From Planctomycetota bacterium (GTDB lineage: Bacteria > Planctomycetota > B15-G4): 64,000 nucleotides of DNA. The DNA lies in NCBI GenBank assembly GCA_965248575.1, contig CBDFJQ010000002.1, positions 2,304,001 to 2,368,000 of the forward strand, read 5' to 3'. The notes beneath the pieces were generated by a model that did no database searches, had not been told where the DNA came from, and was given only the letters and a program-made list of their open reading frames with translations. Within the stretch, counting starts at the first letter, position 1, and each line of letters starts with the position of its first letter. The position numbers were made by a program, and so were the translations under genes. Positions 17,482-26,642 of the stretch are shown here, piece by piece.

Positions 17482-18936
17482 ATGCGAGTCTCCAACAAGA
17501 CGCTGAACACCATGGCGGCCGTCATCTGGCTGACCGTCGGCGTGGGGTTGACGACCGTGGGCGTGCGCTTCGTGTTCGGCCTGCAAGAAGGGGGCGAGCC
17601 CGGGTCGGCGCTCGGCATCGCCGCCGCCCTGGCCGTGGGTGCGTTGATCGGCGTCCTCAAGGGCAAGTACGTCCTTTCGAGAACGGCCGGTCGCAACAAG
17701 CGGCGCATTGCTGCCTTGAAGGAGCCCCGGGTGTGGCAGGTGTTCACGTCCAGGTTCCTGTTGCTGATCCTGGGCATGATGGCCCTCGGACGTGGCCTGC
17801 GTGCGCTGGCTGCGGCTGGCTGGCTCGGGGGTTTCGTGGGCGTGGGTGGCATCTATGTCGGCATCGGCCTGGCGCTCGGCGTGGCCTCCACGGCTTACTT
17901 CGCAAAGCGCCCCCCCGCCCTTCCGACCCGCGTCGACCAAGCGCCCGCAACACACAACCAACGCCGCAACCGGCGCCGCGGGCTGCTGCTGATCAACCTC
18001 GGCTCACCCGCGGCCCCGACGGCTCCAGCCGTGCGTCGTTTCCTGCGCCAGTTTCTCGGGGACCCGCGCGTCGTCGAAGTGAACCGGGTGCTCTGGGCCT
18101 TCGTTCTCAACGTGATCATCCTGCCGTTCCGCAGCCGGAATTCGGCGGAGCTCTACGCCTCCGTCTGGATGGACGAAGGGTCCCCGCTCATCGTGTACGG
18201 GCGACGGCTGCGCAGCCTGGTGGCCGACCGACTTCAGGAGGGATTCCACGTGGTGCTCGGCATGCGCTACGGCGAGCCGTCCATCCAACAGGCCCTCGAC
18301 GAATTCCAGGCCCAGGGCTGTGAAGACGTCCTCGTGCTGCCGCTGTTCCCCCAGTACAGCAACACGACCACCGGCTCGGTGGCGGCAGAGGTCGCGCGCG
18401 TCGCCCTGAAGCAACGCAAACAAATCAACCTGTCCTTCGCCCCCCCCTTCTTCGACCATCCGCTCTACATCGAAGCCCTGGCGCGCCGCGCCGAAGCCTG
18501 CGACCCCGGCGAGTTCACGGTGTTCAGCTTCCATGGGCTGCCCGAGTCCTACGTAAAGCAGGGTGACCCGTACATGGACCAATGCCGGACCACCGCATGG
18601 CTGTTGGCGGAGCGCTTGGGGTTGGCGCGCTCCGAGTGGGAGCTGGTGTTCCAATCGCGTTTCGGCGACGAACCCTGGCTCCAGCCCTACCTGGACGAAT
18701 TCGTTCCCGCCCTCGCGCCGAACATGAAGCGCGTGCGCGTGGTCGCGCCGGCCTTCGCTGCCGATTGCCTGGAGACCATCGAGGAGATCGGAATTCGCCT
18801 GAAAGATGACTTCCTCGAAGCGGGCGGTGAAGAGCTCATCGTGGTCCCAGGTCTCAACGATGATCCGGCCTGGGTGGACGCGGTGGTGGCCCTCACACTC
18901 GAGGCCTCACCCAACACACCTCAGCCCCCAGGCTGA
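17482..18936 (+). CDS. hemH: Ferrochelatase with fused N-terminal ~4-TM membrane domain
   Basis: LLINLGSP, FLGDPRVVE, GMRYGEPSI, PLFPQYS, SFHGLP, FQSRFG.EPWLQPY, FAADCLETIEEIG; first ~140 aa are hydrophobic helices in the same frame. Confidence 0.92.
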   Translation: MRVSNKTLNTMAAVIWLTVGVGLTTVGVRFVFGLQEGGEPGSALGIAAALAVGALIGVLKGKYVLSRTAGRNKRRIAALKEPRVWQVFTSRFLLLILGMMALGRGLRALAAAGWLGGFVGVGGIYVGIGLALGVASTAYFAKRPPALPTRVDQAPATHNQRRNRRRGLLLINLGSPAAPTAPAVRRFLRQFLGDPRVVEVNRVLWAFVLNVIILPFRSRNSAELYASVWMDEGSPLIVYGRRLRSLVADRLQEGFHVVLGMRYGEPSIQQALDEFQAQGCEDVLVLPLFPQYSNTTTGSVAAEVARVALKQRKQINLSFAPPFFDHPLYIEALARRAEACDPGEFTVFSFHGLPESYVKQGDPYMDQCRTTAWLLAERLGLARSEWELVFQSRFGDEPWLQPYLDEFVPALAPNMKRVRVVAPAFAADCLETIEEIGIRLKDDFLEAGGEELIVVPGLNDDPAWVDAVVALTLEASPNTPQPPG

Positions 18937-18944
18937 CGCGCCAG

Positions 18945-18991
18945 CGTCGCCCACCCGTCGCCCACCCGTCGCCCACCCGTCGCCCACCCGT
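18945..18991. repeat. Intergenic tandem repeat, 11-bp unit CGTCGCCCACC x4 plus CGT
   Basis: Perfect copies at 18945, 18956, 18967 and 18978. Confidence 0.95.
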
Positions 18992-19012
18992 GCCCCCCCA
19001 GGAGCGCGCCCC

Positions 19013-20779
19013 ATGTCGTTCTCAGGCCCCACGATGTTGCTCGGTGTCCTCATCCCCTTGCTCGGGAGCAGCATGAACATCTCCCTCGTTTCTCAAGAGC
19101 TGGTCGTACGCTTCTCCGGCGACCGACGCAGCGAATCCGCCGATGGACGCATCCTGCTGATCCTCTCGGCCGTCGAGACCTCTCCAAGCGCACCCGCGCT
19201 GGCAGCGGACGCGAGCGAGCCCCGCTTCCAGGTGAACGGTTCGGTGAGCAGTGCGCAGGTCTTCGGTATCGACGTCGAAGGCCTGGCTCCCAACGAGCCC
19301 ACGGTCTTCAACGGCGCCACCTTCGGCTACCCGACCGAGAGCTTGAGCGCTGTGCCTCCCGGGGACTACATGGCCCAGGCCGTGCTTCATCTCTACGAGA
19401 CCTTCACACCGGCGCACGGCCACACCATCAAGCTGCCCATGGATCGGGGTGAAGGCCAGCATTGGAATCGTGCGCCGGGCAACCTCTACAGCATGCCACA
19501 CCGCATCACCGTCGGTGAGCAGGGCCCGCGGACCATCGAGCTACTTCTCGACCAGGTGATCCCTGCCATCGAACCCCTGGAGGACACCCGGTACATCAAG
19601 CACGTGCGCATCCAGAGCGCGTTGCTGACGGAGTTCTGGGGGCGGCCCATGTTCCTCGGCGCGCACGTGCTGCTGCCCGAGGGTTTCGATGAGCATCCCG
19701 AAGCGCGTTACCCCCTCGCCATCTTCCACGGCCACCACCCGAGCGATTTCGGCGGCTTCCGTCCCGAGCCCCCGGACCCCGAGTTGGAGCCGGACTACTC
19801 AGAGCGCTTCGGTGTCGAGGGCTACAACATCACCCAGCAGCAGGAGGCCCACGAGTTCTACCGCAAATGGACAGGCCCCGACTTCCCGCGCTTCATCGCA
19901 GTCGAGATTCAGCATGCCAACCCCTACTACGACGACTCCTATGCGGTGAACTCGGCCAACCTGGGGCCCTACGGGGACGCCATCACCTACGAGCTCGTGC
20001 CTCACCTCGAGCAGACCTTCCGCGGGCTGGGTGAGGGCTGGGCACGCTTCCTCTACGGCGGTTCGACAGGCGGCTGGGAGGCCCTCGCGGCGCAGGTCTT
20101 CTACCCGGACGACTACAACGGCTGCTTCGCTGCCTGCCCGGACCCCGTCGACTTCCGCGCGTACTGCCTCGTGAACATCTACGAGAACGAGAACGCCTAT
20201 TGGGAAGGCGGCCCCTTCACGAGCATCGAACGCCCCGCCCACCGTGACAGCCTCGGCCGGGTGAACGGCACCATGCGCATGGCCAACCACATGGAGCTGG
20301 TGCTCGGCACCAACAGTCGCTCCGGAGACCAGTGGGACATCTGGCAGGCGGTGTACTCACCCGTGGGCGACGACGGCTACCCCAAACCCATCTGGGACAA
20401 GCGCACGGGTGTCATCGACCGCGAGGTGGCCGAGCATTGGCGTGAACACTACGACCTGCGCCACATCCTGGAGCGCGACTGGGCCACGCTCGGACCCAAG
20501 CTGGCAGGAAAGCTGCACGTCTTCTGCGGCGACATGGACAACTACTATCTCAACAACGCCGTCTACCTGATCGAAGACTTCCTGGAGTCCACCACCGAAC
20601 CGCCCTACGCCGGCGAGGTGGACTACGGTGATCGCGCGGAGCACTGCTGGAACGGTGACCACGAGAACGGCAACCATATCTCGCGCCTGCGCTACAACAC
20701 GATGTACTTGCCGCGCATCCTGGATCGCATTGCGCAGAGCGCGCCGTCCGGGGCCGACCTGACGAGCTGGCGCTACTGA
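19013..20779 (+). CDS. Secreted putative esterase (alpha/beta hydrolase, Fes-like)
   Basis: AGGAG RBS; GGSTGG nucleophile elbow; NSANLGPYGDAI, GDMDNYYL, AEHCW. Confidence 0.82.
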   Translation: MSFSGPTMLLGVLIPLLGSSMNISLVSQELVVRFSGDRRSESADGRILLILSAVETSPSAPALAADASEPRFQVNGSVSSAQVFGIDVEGLAPNEPTVFNGATFGYPTESLSAVPPGDYMAQAVLHLYETFTPAHGHTIKLPMDRGEGQHWNRAPGNLYSMPHRITVGEQGPRTIELLLDQVIPAIEPLEDTRYIKHVRIQSALLTEFWGRPMFLGAHVLLPEGFDEHPEARYPLAIFHGHHPSDFGGFRPEPPDPELEPDYSERFGVEGYNITQQQEAHEFYRKWTGPDFPRFIAVEIQHANPYYDDSYAVNSANLGPYGDAITYELVPHLEQTFRGLGEGWARFLYGGSTGGWEALAAQVFYPDDYNGCFAACPDPVDFRAYCLVNIYENENAYWEGGPFTSIERPAHRDSLGRVNGTMRMANHMELVLGTNSRSGDQWDIWQAVYSPVGDDGYPKPIWDKRTGVIDREVAEHWREHYDLRHILERDWATLGPKLAGKLHVFCGDMDNYYLNNAVYLIEDFLESTTEPPYAGEVDYGDRAEHCWNGDHENGNHISRLRYNTMYLPRILDRIAQSAPSGADLTSWRY

Positions 20780-20849
20780 GCTCTGGCCCTGGCGGGCACC
20801 CCAAGCTGGCCAACGAGCTTGACTGCGAGTTGGATCGGGAGAGCGGGAG

Positions 20850-22148
20850 TCAGCGCCCCCCGCCGCTGAACGCTGGAACCCGCACGGCACACGACAAGCC
20901 CTCGTCGCCGAAGACCCCTGTCAGCAGCAGCGTCGACAGCTTGCGCTCGGGAACACCGCTCCAGACCACCTTGCCGTTGACCTCCACGGACACCTCGCCG
21001 TCGATGTCGACGAGCTCGGGTTGCAACAAGACCCAGAGACCCTCCAGCCTCTTAGTCTCCGACTCGATCCGGACCAAATTCTTCTCCACCACCTCGGCCA
21101 CGACCAGCGCGCTCTTTTCCGGCTGCTCCCAGTAGAGCCAGTAGAACTGACGCTTCCAACTCAGCCACGGCTGCCAGACGACCTTCTTCGGGTAAGGGTC
21201 GCGCTCGAACTTTGACAAGGCTTCCAACCAATCCTTGCCGCCGCCCGGCGGGTAGGCGTGGCCGCGGCCGTCCTCCTCGATGTACTCGAAGTCTTCGTAG
21301 CCGCCCCAACGTTCCTGCGCTTCCTCCACCTTCCTCACGGCGACCTGGTTCGCTTCGGCCGGCACCTTGGGATCATCACGACTCTGGTAGACGCGCATGG
21401 GAACATTGCGCAGGTTCGGCACCACTCCGTCTTCGATGTCGAAGATCACCCCCTCGCGGTTGACGTAGGGCGTGGGGGCACCAGCCGCTGGACCCAAGGC
21501 GGCCACCCGGTCGGCGTGGTGTGCCCCGAGGGTCCACGAGCCGAAGCCGCCCATGGAATGACCCGCGAAGTAGACACGGTTGGCATCCACGCCATAGGTG
21601 CGGCGCGCACGGTCCACCAGCTCCATCACCCATTCCTCGGTGCCGGCCGTGGTCCAGCCATGCTCGGTCTTCTCAAGCACCTCGGGAAAGATGGCTGCCC
21701 ATTTGCGCTTCTTGGCAGCGTTCGAGAGGAAGCCGGCCGCCTCACCGCAATCGCCCGATCCGACGCCCCCACCGTGCATGCCGATCAACAGCCCCTTCGG
21801 CTTCTTGGTGACACCCCCGATGATGTAGAGCCCGCGCTTGTCCTCCTCCCAGAAGTGTTCGCGACCGGTCTTCTTCGGGAGGCGCGGGCCATCGTCCCAG
21901 CTGCCCTGGATCTTGGCGCGCCAGGTCTTGGCCTCCTTTGCCGAGAGGGGCTCCGGCGCCAACTCATCAATCTCCAGGAGCAAGCGCGTCCGCTCGGCGT
22001 GACCCTCGCTCTTCCGGCCATCCAATGCGAAGTACTGCTCGATGCGCGCTTCGATCTCCTTCGCCGTCTTCCTGTCGACATCCGCGACGGGCCCAGGCAG
22101 CACCGCAAGCAAGATCACGGCGAGGGCAGTGGCAAGAACACTCGGCAT
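20850..22148 (-). CDS. Secreted alpha/beta hydrolase (peptidase/esterase-like)
   Basis: AGGAGAG RBS; signal peptide; MHGGG, GHSMGG, DDPKV, GRGH. Confidence 0.82.
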   Translation of the reverse strand: MPSVLATALAVILLAVLPGPVADVDRKTAKEIEARIEQYFALDGRKSEGHAERTRLLLEIDELAPEPLSAKEAKTWRAKIQGSWDDGPRLPKKTGREHFWEEDKRGLYIIGGVTKKPKGLLIGMHGGGVGSGDCGEAAGFLSNAAKKRKWAAIFPEVLEKTEHGWTTAGTEEWVMELVDRARRTYGVDANRVYFAGHSMGGFGSWTLGAHHADRVAALGPAAGAPTPYVNREGVIFDIEDGVVPNLRNVPMRVYQSRDDPKVPAEANQVAVRKVEEAQERWGGYEDFEYIEEDGRGHAYPPGGGKDWLEALSKFERDPYPKKVVWQPWLSWKRQFYWLYWEQPEKSALVVAEVVEKNLVRIESETKRLEGLWVLLQPELVDIDGEVSVEVNGKVVWSGVPERKLSTLLLTGVFGDEGLSCAVRVPAFSGGGR

Positions 22149-22303
22149 GGGACTCTCCTCTGAGGTGCACCTGTGGGATTCACCGGCGGGACTGTTCCGT
22201 GGACCTCATCCGCAGACCGCCGCGCACGGAGAGTGGAGTCTATGGGCCGGAGTGAGGCCCTCGCCAGGGTCGCTTCACGGCGCCTCGCTCGACGGCCCCG
22301 CGC

Positions 22304-23725
22304 TCAGGGATCCTGGCCCGTCGCGAAGCCTCGCAGGCAGGCGATGAGTCGATCGATGTCCCGTCTCACGGTGGGAACACCCAGGGACGCCCGCAAGGCA
22401 CCGACAGCTCGACCGGGCTCCCGCTCGGCCAGCAGGCTTGGGCTGAAAACACCCGGAGCCAAGGACTCGAGCCAGCTCAAGTGGTCGCTGGCGTTCCATC
22501 CGAAGGCCTGCTCGGCTGCCCCTGGGTTACAGAAGCAGCCGCCGCGCAGGACCAGACCCGACTCGCAGGCGCGCTGCTCCACCTGGGAATACGGAACGAT
22601 GGAGCCGTCCTCCCGAACGAGATTGAAGGCAAGGGTCGCGCCTCGATCGCCCTGGGCAGGAGGGCCGTACACCTGGACCAACGGCTCTCCCCCGTCGTGG
22701 TGTAGCGCCTGCAGCCTCGAATGCAGGCTCGTCGTCAGGCTTCTCATGCGCCGTCGCAGGCGCTGCTCGCCAATCCCGTCCATCCACTCCAGGCCAAAGC
22801 TCACGGCTCCCAAGTCCAGGAAGGGCGGCGTGCCGTCCTCGAAGCCCTCGGCACCCATGCGGCGCCTGTGGCGATCGACAGCCACAGACGCCCACTCCAC
22901 AGTTCCACCTGCGAACCAGGGCCGCGCCAGCAGGCCCTGGGCGTCTCGCCGCACGATGAGCGCTCCCACACCTGTGGGCAACCCAAAGACCTTGTAGAAG
23001 GACAGCGCCACGAAGTCTGCATCGACCTGCGAAAGGTCGAGGCGTTGAGTCGGCAACCAGGCGGCGGCATCCAGCAGCACCCTGTAGCCCGCAGCTCGTG
23101 CGCGCCTGACGAGGCTCAACGGGTTTCGAGCACCTGAGAAGTTGGACTGAGCAGGAAAGGCGAACAGCGAAGGACAGCGGGGCCGCACATCCGGCAGCGG
23201 TTGCTCCCCGTCGAGTCGGAGACTCGAATCGAGTGGCAGGATGTCCACCTCCGCGCGGCGAGCGCGTGCGAAGACACGCAGCCCGTTGACCGAGTTGTGG
23301 TTGTCGACGGACAAGACGAGCCGGCTTCCCGATTGAAACGGAAAGGCCTCACCCACCAGGCGCAAGGCTGCCGAGGCATTCGACGTGAACACGCAAACAT
23401 GAGTCTCCTCGTCCACACCCAACCACCGAAGCACAGCGCGCCGGGCAGCCCCGGCGATCTTCGTGGACTTGCGCGATGGAAGACTGTCGGAGTGAGGGTT
23501 GCCGAGCACCTGCGTGGACAAGGACTGCGCCTGAGCGTCCACCTGGCGCTGGGAGTAGAGCGCGCTGGCGGTGTAGTCGAGGTAGGCCAGGCCCTGAGCA
23601 TCCAGGCGGCCGTAGTCCGTGCGGCGCAGTGCTTCGAAGTAGGCGTCCTCTGCCGCTGCAGTCCCTTGGTCAGCGAGCAGGGCAGAAGCGGCGCCCGGCC
23701 CAGGTCTCGCTACATCGCGACTCAA
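22304..23725 (-). CDS. Class V PLP-dependent enzyme, Moco-sulfurase (ABA3/MOCOS) NifS-like domain without MOSC
   Basis: YLDYTASALY, GNPHS, DNHNSVNG, FPAQSNFSG, LLDAA, SFYKVFGLPTGVGAL (PLP Lys), FEDGT, RGGCFCNPG (catalytic Cys), RASLG; TTG start overlaps upstream TGA. Confidence 0.85.
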   Translation of the reverse strand: MSRDVARPGPGAASALLADQGTAAAEDAYFEALRRTDYGRLDAQGLAYLDYTASALYSQRQVDAQAQSLSTQVLGNPHSDSLPSRKSTKIAGAARRAVLRWLGVDEETHVCVFTSNASAALRLVGEAFPFQSGSRLVLSVDNHNSVNGLRVFARARRAEVDILPLDSSLRLDGEQPLPDVRPRCPSLFAFPAQSNFSGARNPLSLVRRARAAGYRVLLDAAAWLPTQRLDLSQVDADFVALSFYKVFGLPTGVGALIVRRDAQGLLARPWFAGGTVEWASVAVDRHRRRMGAEGFEDGTPPFLDLGAVSFGLEWMDGIGEQRLRRRMRSLTTSLHSRLQALHHDGGEPLVQVYGPPAQGDRGATLAFNLVREDGSIVPYSQVEQRACESGLVLRGGCFCNPGAAEQAFGWNASDHLSWLESLAPGVFSPSLLAEREPGRAVGALRASLGVPTVRRDIDRLIACLRGFATGQDP

Positions 23726-24354
23726 AACCCACACCCCCGCCGCTGGAGGCCGCGGACGCGCTGGGACGCGCTCTCGGAGGATGCCGCCTCGTGTGCTTCG
23801 GCATCCAGCACTCGCGGCTGCCCTCCGAAGTATCGACTCCAGGTCGCCAACTGCTCGAACTCGCGCCGCTCGGATGGGCTCGCCTCCAGACTCAAGACGG
23901 GAGCCAGGACGTCTGCGACCCATGCCGCGGCACCGCCCTGGAGGGTCCGCACGTCGAGACCCGCTTGCCGGAGCGACTGCGCGACGTGCCGGGCGCGCTC
24001 CGGCTCGTCGGCCACGAGAACCACCAGCTCGGACGAGCGAAAGTCGCTGGCCTTTGGCTGCTCGATCAGCTCAGCCAAGGGAAGGCGCATCGCGGAGGAG
24101 CGCGACTCAAGGTCGCGGCCCGGCTCCAGGCCCAGATCCACGATGCGCAACCCGGCCTCATGCTCGAAGAGGCGCCGCGCCAACTCAATCGGAGCGATGA
24201 ACGGAGTCCACCTGTCCCCCTCTGACACCTCCTGCAGCGGCATCGGTTGTGGGTTCACGTGTGGGTTCACCAGCGCCGCAGCGACGCCCAAGCCCAGGGC
24301 CAGCAACACCAGGGCTCTGTGAAGGCGCACCGAGTGCTGCGGTGGGGTACTCAA
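23722..24354 (-). CDS. Membrane-anchored rhodanese-like protein with C-terminal RRGC tail
   Basis: N-terminal TM; IAPIELA...RIVDL; LQGGAAAW; SRYFGGQP; ends QRRGCGF; TTG start overlaps upstream TGA. Confidence 0.72.
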   Translation of the reverse strand: MSTPPQHSVRLHRALVLLALGLGVAAALVNPHVNPQPMPLQEVSEGDRWTPFIAPIELARRLFEHEAGLRIVDLGLEPGRDLESRSSAMRLPLAELIEQPKASDFRSSELVVLVADEPERARHVAQSLRQAGLDVRTLQGGAAAWVADVLAPVLSLEASPSERREFEQLATWSRYFGGQPRVLDAEAHEAASSESASQRVRGLQRRGCGF

Positions 24355-24917
24355 AGCTGCTTCAGGCTGCGGCGCTCGACAACTCCCGCGACCGCGAAGG
24401 CAGCGAGAGCCAGGGCGACGAGCCAGGCCAGAGTCACTCCTCGCGACAAGCCCAGCAAGGCGTCGACCGTGACAGTGTCCAGAGCCGTGGCGTCGTAGAG
24501 GGGCTCCCACAAGCTCCACCCCTCGTGAAAGAGCAAGACACCCGCTAGCAACCCGAAGATCACCACCAGACCGTCCACGCTGCCTGATGCCAGCGCGACA
24601 CACGCCGTCCCGGGACAGAGGCCCGAGAGAGCCATGCCGCACCCAAACAGCACGCCGCCCAGGAGTTGAGGAGCGAGGAAGGCCCTGGGGGTCTCGAGTG
24701 CCGCGGCGTCCACCACTCCGATCCGATCCAGCCAGAAGATTCCCAAGGCAGCCGTAACCAGCGCCGTGAACAGCACACGTGTCACGCTCATGTCCGTGCC
24801 TCGGAACTGTGCGCTGAGCTTGTTGGCGTTGCCGAGCCCTGCTCGCTCCAGACACGCACCGAAGGCCACGCCGATCAAGAGGGCCCCCACGCGCCATGCG
24901 GTTTCGCCCTCCATCAT
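24351..24917 (-). CDS. YeeE/YedE sulfur transporter family protein (short, second copy)
   Basis: IGVAFGACLERAG, GGVLFGCGMALSGLCPGT; ATGA overlap with upstream gene. Confidence 0.88.
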   Translation of the reverse strand: MMEGETAWRVGALLIGVAFGACLERAGLGNANKLSAQFRGTDMSVTRVLFTALVTAALGIFWLDRIGVVDAAALETPRAFLAPQLLGGVLFGCGMALSGLCPGTACVALASGSVDGLVVIFGLLAGVLLFHEGWSLWEPLYDATALDTVTVDALLGLSRGVTLAWLVALALAAFAVAGVVERRSLKQL

Positions 24918-25447
24918 GCCCACACCTTGCGCAACCCCAGGAAGGCGAGGTGAGCCGCCGCGAAGGCAATGATCAAGAACATCCAGCCCCCGACCGACAG
25001 CACCGCCCCTCCGCTGAGCGCCAAACCGCTCGTGCAGCCCCGGGCCCAGCGAGAACCGAAGCCCATCAGCGCACCGCCCAACAGCGCGCACACCCAACGC
25101 CGACCGTGCCCACAGGATGCACCGCGAACGAGTCGCCAGCGGGCACGACCGGACAAGCGGGCGGAGATCCCTGCGCCAAGCAACACACCAAGCAGCTGCA
25201 GAACAAGCCAATCGCCCCCGAGCGACGTCGAGAGAAAGGCGCCGTGCACGGGATTCGCCAGCGCGTGCTCAGGAGCCATCGCCGCGACGCCCGCTGCGAC
25301 CGCCGACGAATAGGCGCCGCTGGCTCCAAGACCACGCTCGAAGCAGACAAAGGACCCAAGCAGCACGAGGCCCAACGCCACACCGCAGAGGTAGGGGTCG
25401 CTCCAGGCGGCGGTCTCCTCCGGCGGCACTCTAGCCTGGGTCGGCAT
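24914..25447 (-). CDS. YeeE/YedE sulfur transporter family protein (short, first copy)
   Basis: PYLCGVALG, GLGASG, GGALMGFGSRWARGCTSG. Confidence 0.88.
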   Translation of the reverse strand: MPTQARVPPEETAAWSDPYLCGVALGLVLLGSFVCFERGLGASGAYSSAVAAGVAAMAPEHALANPVHGAFLSTSLGGDWLVLQLLGVLLGAGISARLSGRARWRLVRGASCGHGRRWVCALLGGALMGFGSRWARGCTSGLALSGGAVLSVGGWMFLIIAFAAAHLAFLGLRKVWA

Positions 25448-26414
25448 CGCTCAGCTCCTGTCCGGAGGGAGTCGCCGGCAAGGCGCTCGGCGGCTCGGCT
25501 TCCGTGGTCAAGGGCAGCTGGCGATTGGCCCAATCCTCGATGGAGCCGTCGTAGAGACGGACCTCATGGCCCAGGGTGCGGGCCGCGAACAACACGAAGC
25601 TGGCGTACTTGCCGATGTGGCACATGCCCACCACGGTGTCGCCTGGCTGCACGCCCGCCTTGGCAAACACCTTTCTCAGCTCCAATGCGGGGAGCAGGAC
25701 ACCACGCTCGTCGATCAGCTCGATCCACGGCAGGCTCCCTGCGCCCGGCATGTGGCCGACGCTGTCCAGGTGGTCTGCCTTGAGGCCGTCGAAGTAGACA
25801 CCCGGGCGGCAATCCACCAGCGCGAACCCATCCCCTGGAATCCTCTTCTGGATCCACTCGGCGTCGACCACGAGCTCGGGACGCGGCCTCAACTCCCTCA
25901 ACTCAAGGGTGCCTGCTTCTGGCTCGACGCGTTCATCGCTCGTGAGGCCGCCGGCCTTGACCCAGGCATCCAGCCCCCCATCCAGGATCATGGACTGATC
26001 CTGGAGCCCCGCCCACTGCAGGACAAAGAGCAAGCGTCCCGAATTGGTCACCCAGCCATCGCTCTGCACCACGAGGATCTTCGAGTTGGCTGAGATACCC
26101 CACCCGCGCAGGACCTTCTCCAAGCTCGCCAGCTCGGGCATTTCCAGCACCAGCCCCCCACCGACCCTGGACTGACCGCTTGCTTCACGAGAAGTCGACA
26201 CGACGTCCAAATCGACGTAGAGAGCCCCGGGAAGGTGAGCCCGTGCGTAACTGCCACGCTCTCCCACCTGGAGCACGACGAGCCCATCATCGTCGAGATG
26301 CTCTGACAACCAGGCGGGCGCGACGAGCAAAGCATCGCGACGAGGCTCGTCCCCACATCGGACCGGGCCAGGGAGCAGGAAGAACAACGACAGGAACCAC
26401 AACAGGGCTGACAT
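25431..26414 (-). CDS. Exported tandem-domain rhodanese / sulfurtransferase
   Basis: GGAGG RBS; signal peptide; HLPGA, LDGGLDAW, GHMPGA, active loop CHIGKY, YDGSIEDW. Confidence 0.9.
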   Translation of the reverse strand: MSALLWFLSLFFLLPGPVRCGDEPRRDALLVAPAWLSEHLDDDGLVVLQVGERGSYARAHLPGALYVDLDVVSTSREASGQSRVGGGLVLEMPELASLEKVLRGWGISANSKILVVQSDGWVTNSGRLLFVLQWAGLQDQSMILDGGLDAWVKAGGLTSDERVEPEAGTLELRELRPRPELVVDAEWIQKRIPGDGFALVDCRPGVYFDGLKADHLDSVGHMPGAGSLPWIELIDERGVLLPALELRKVFAKAGVQPGDTVVGMCHIGKYASFVLFAARTLGHEVRLYDGSIEDWANRQLPLTTEAEPPSALPATPSGQELSDADPG

Positions 26415-26642
26415 GGCGGCCCTCCGGCGAGGAAGCGGACACCCCTGTCTCCGTACGGAGCCCAGCCTCTCTGCCAAGTGATTCCAAAGTGGTTTTGGCC
26501 CGGAGCGGAGCCGCCCCATGGGCGCACAAGCTCATGGTGTTTCCGTGCGTCCGGCCCACTTCTGCCGTTGATTCTGGAGATTTTCTTGAGTGCTTTTCCC
26601 GGCGCCAAGAGGCTGTCGCTGGCGTGGTAATGTCCCAGGATC

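Noticed and set aside
18945..18991. Possible CRISPR array
   Set aside because: Contiguous 11-bp units with no spacers, and no cas genes in the window.
24355..24969. Long N-terminal extensions of the ORF-track calls in the sulfur operon
   Set aside because: They overlap upstream genes in other frames; coupled starts at 24917, 24354 and 23725 explain the operon cleanly.
22304..26414. Selenocysteine read-through at TGA stops in the sulfur operon
   Set aside because: The internal TGA stops coincide with coupled starts of the next gene, and the catalytic positions are already Cys.
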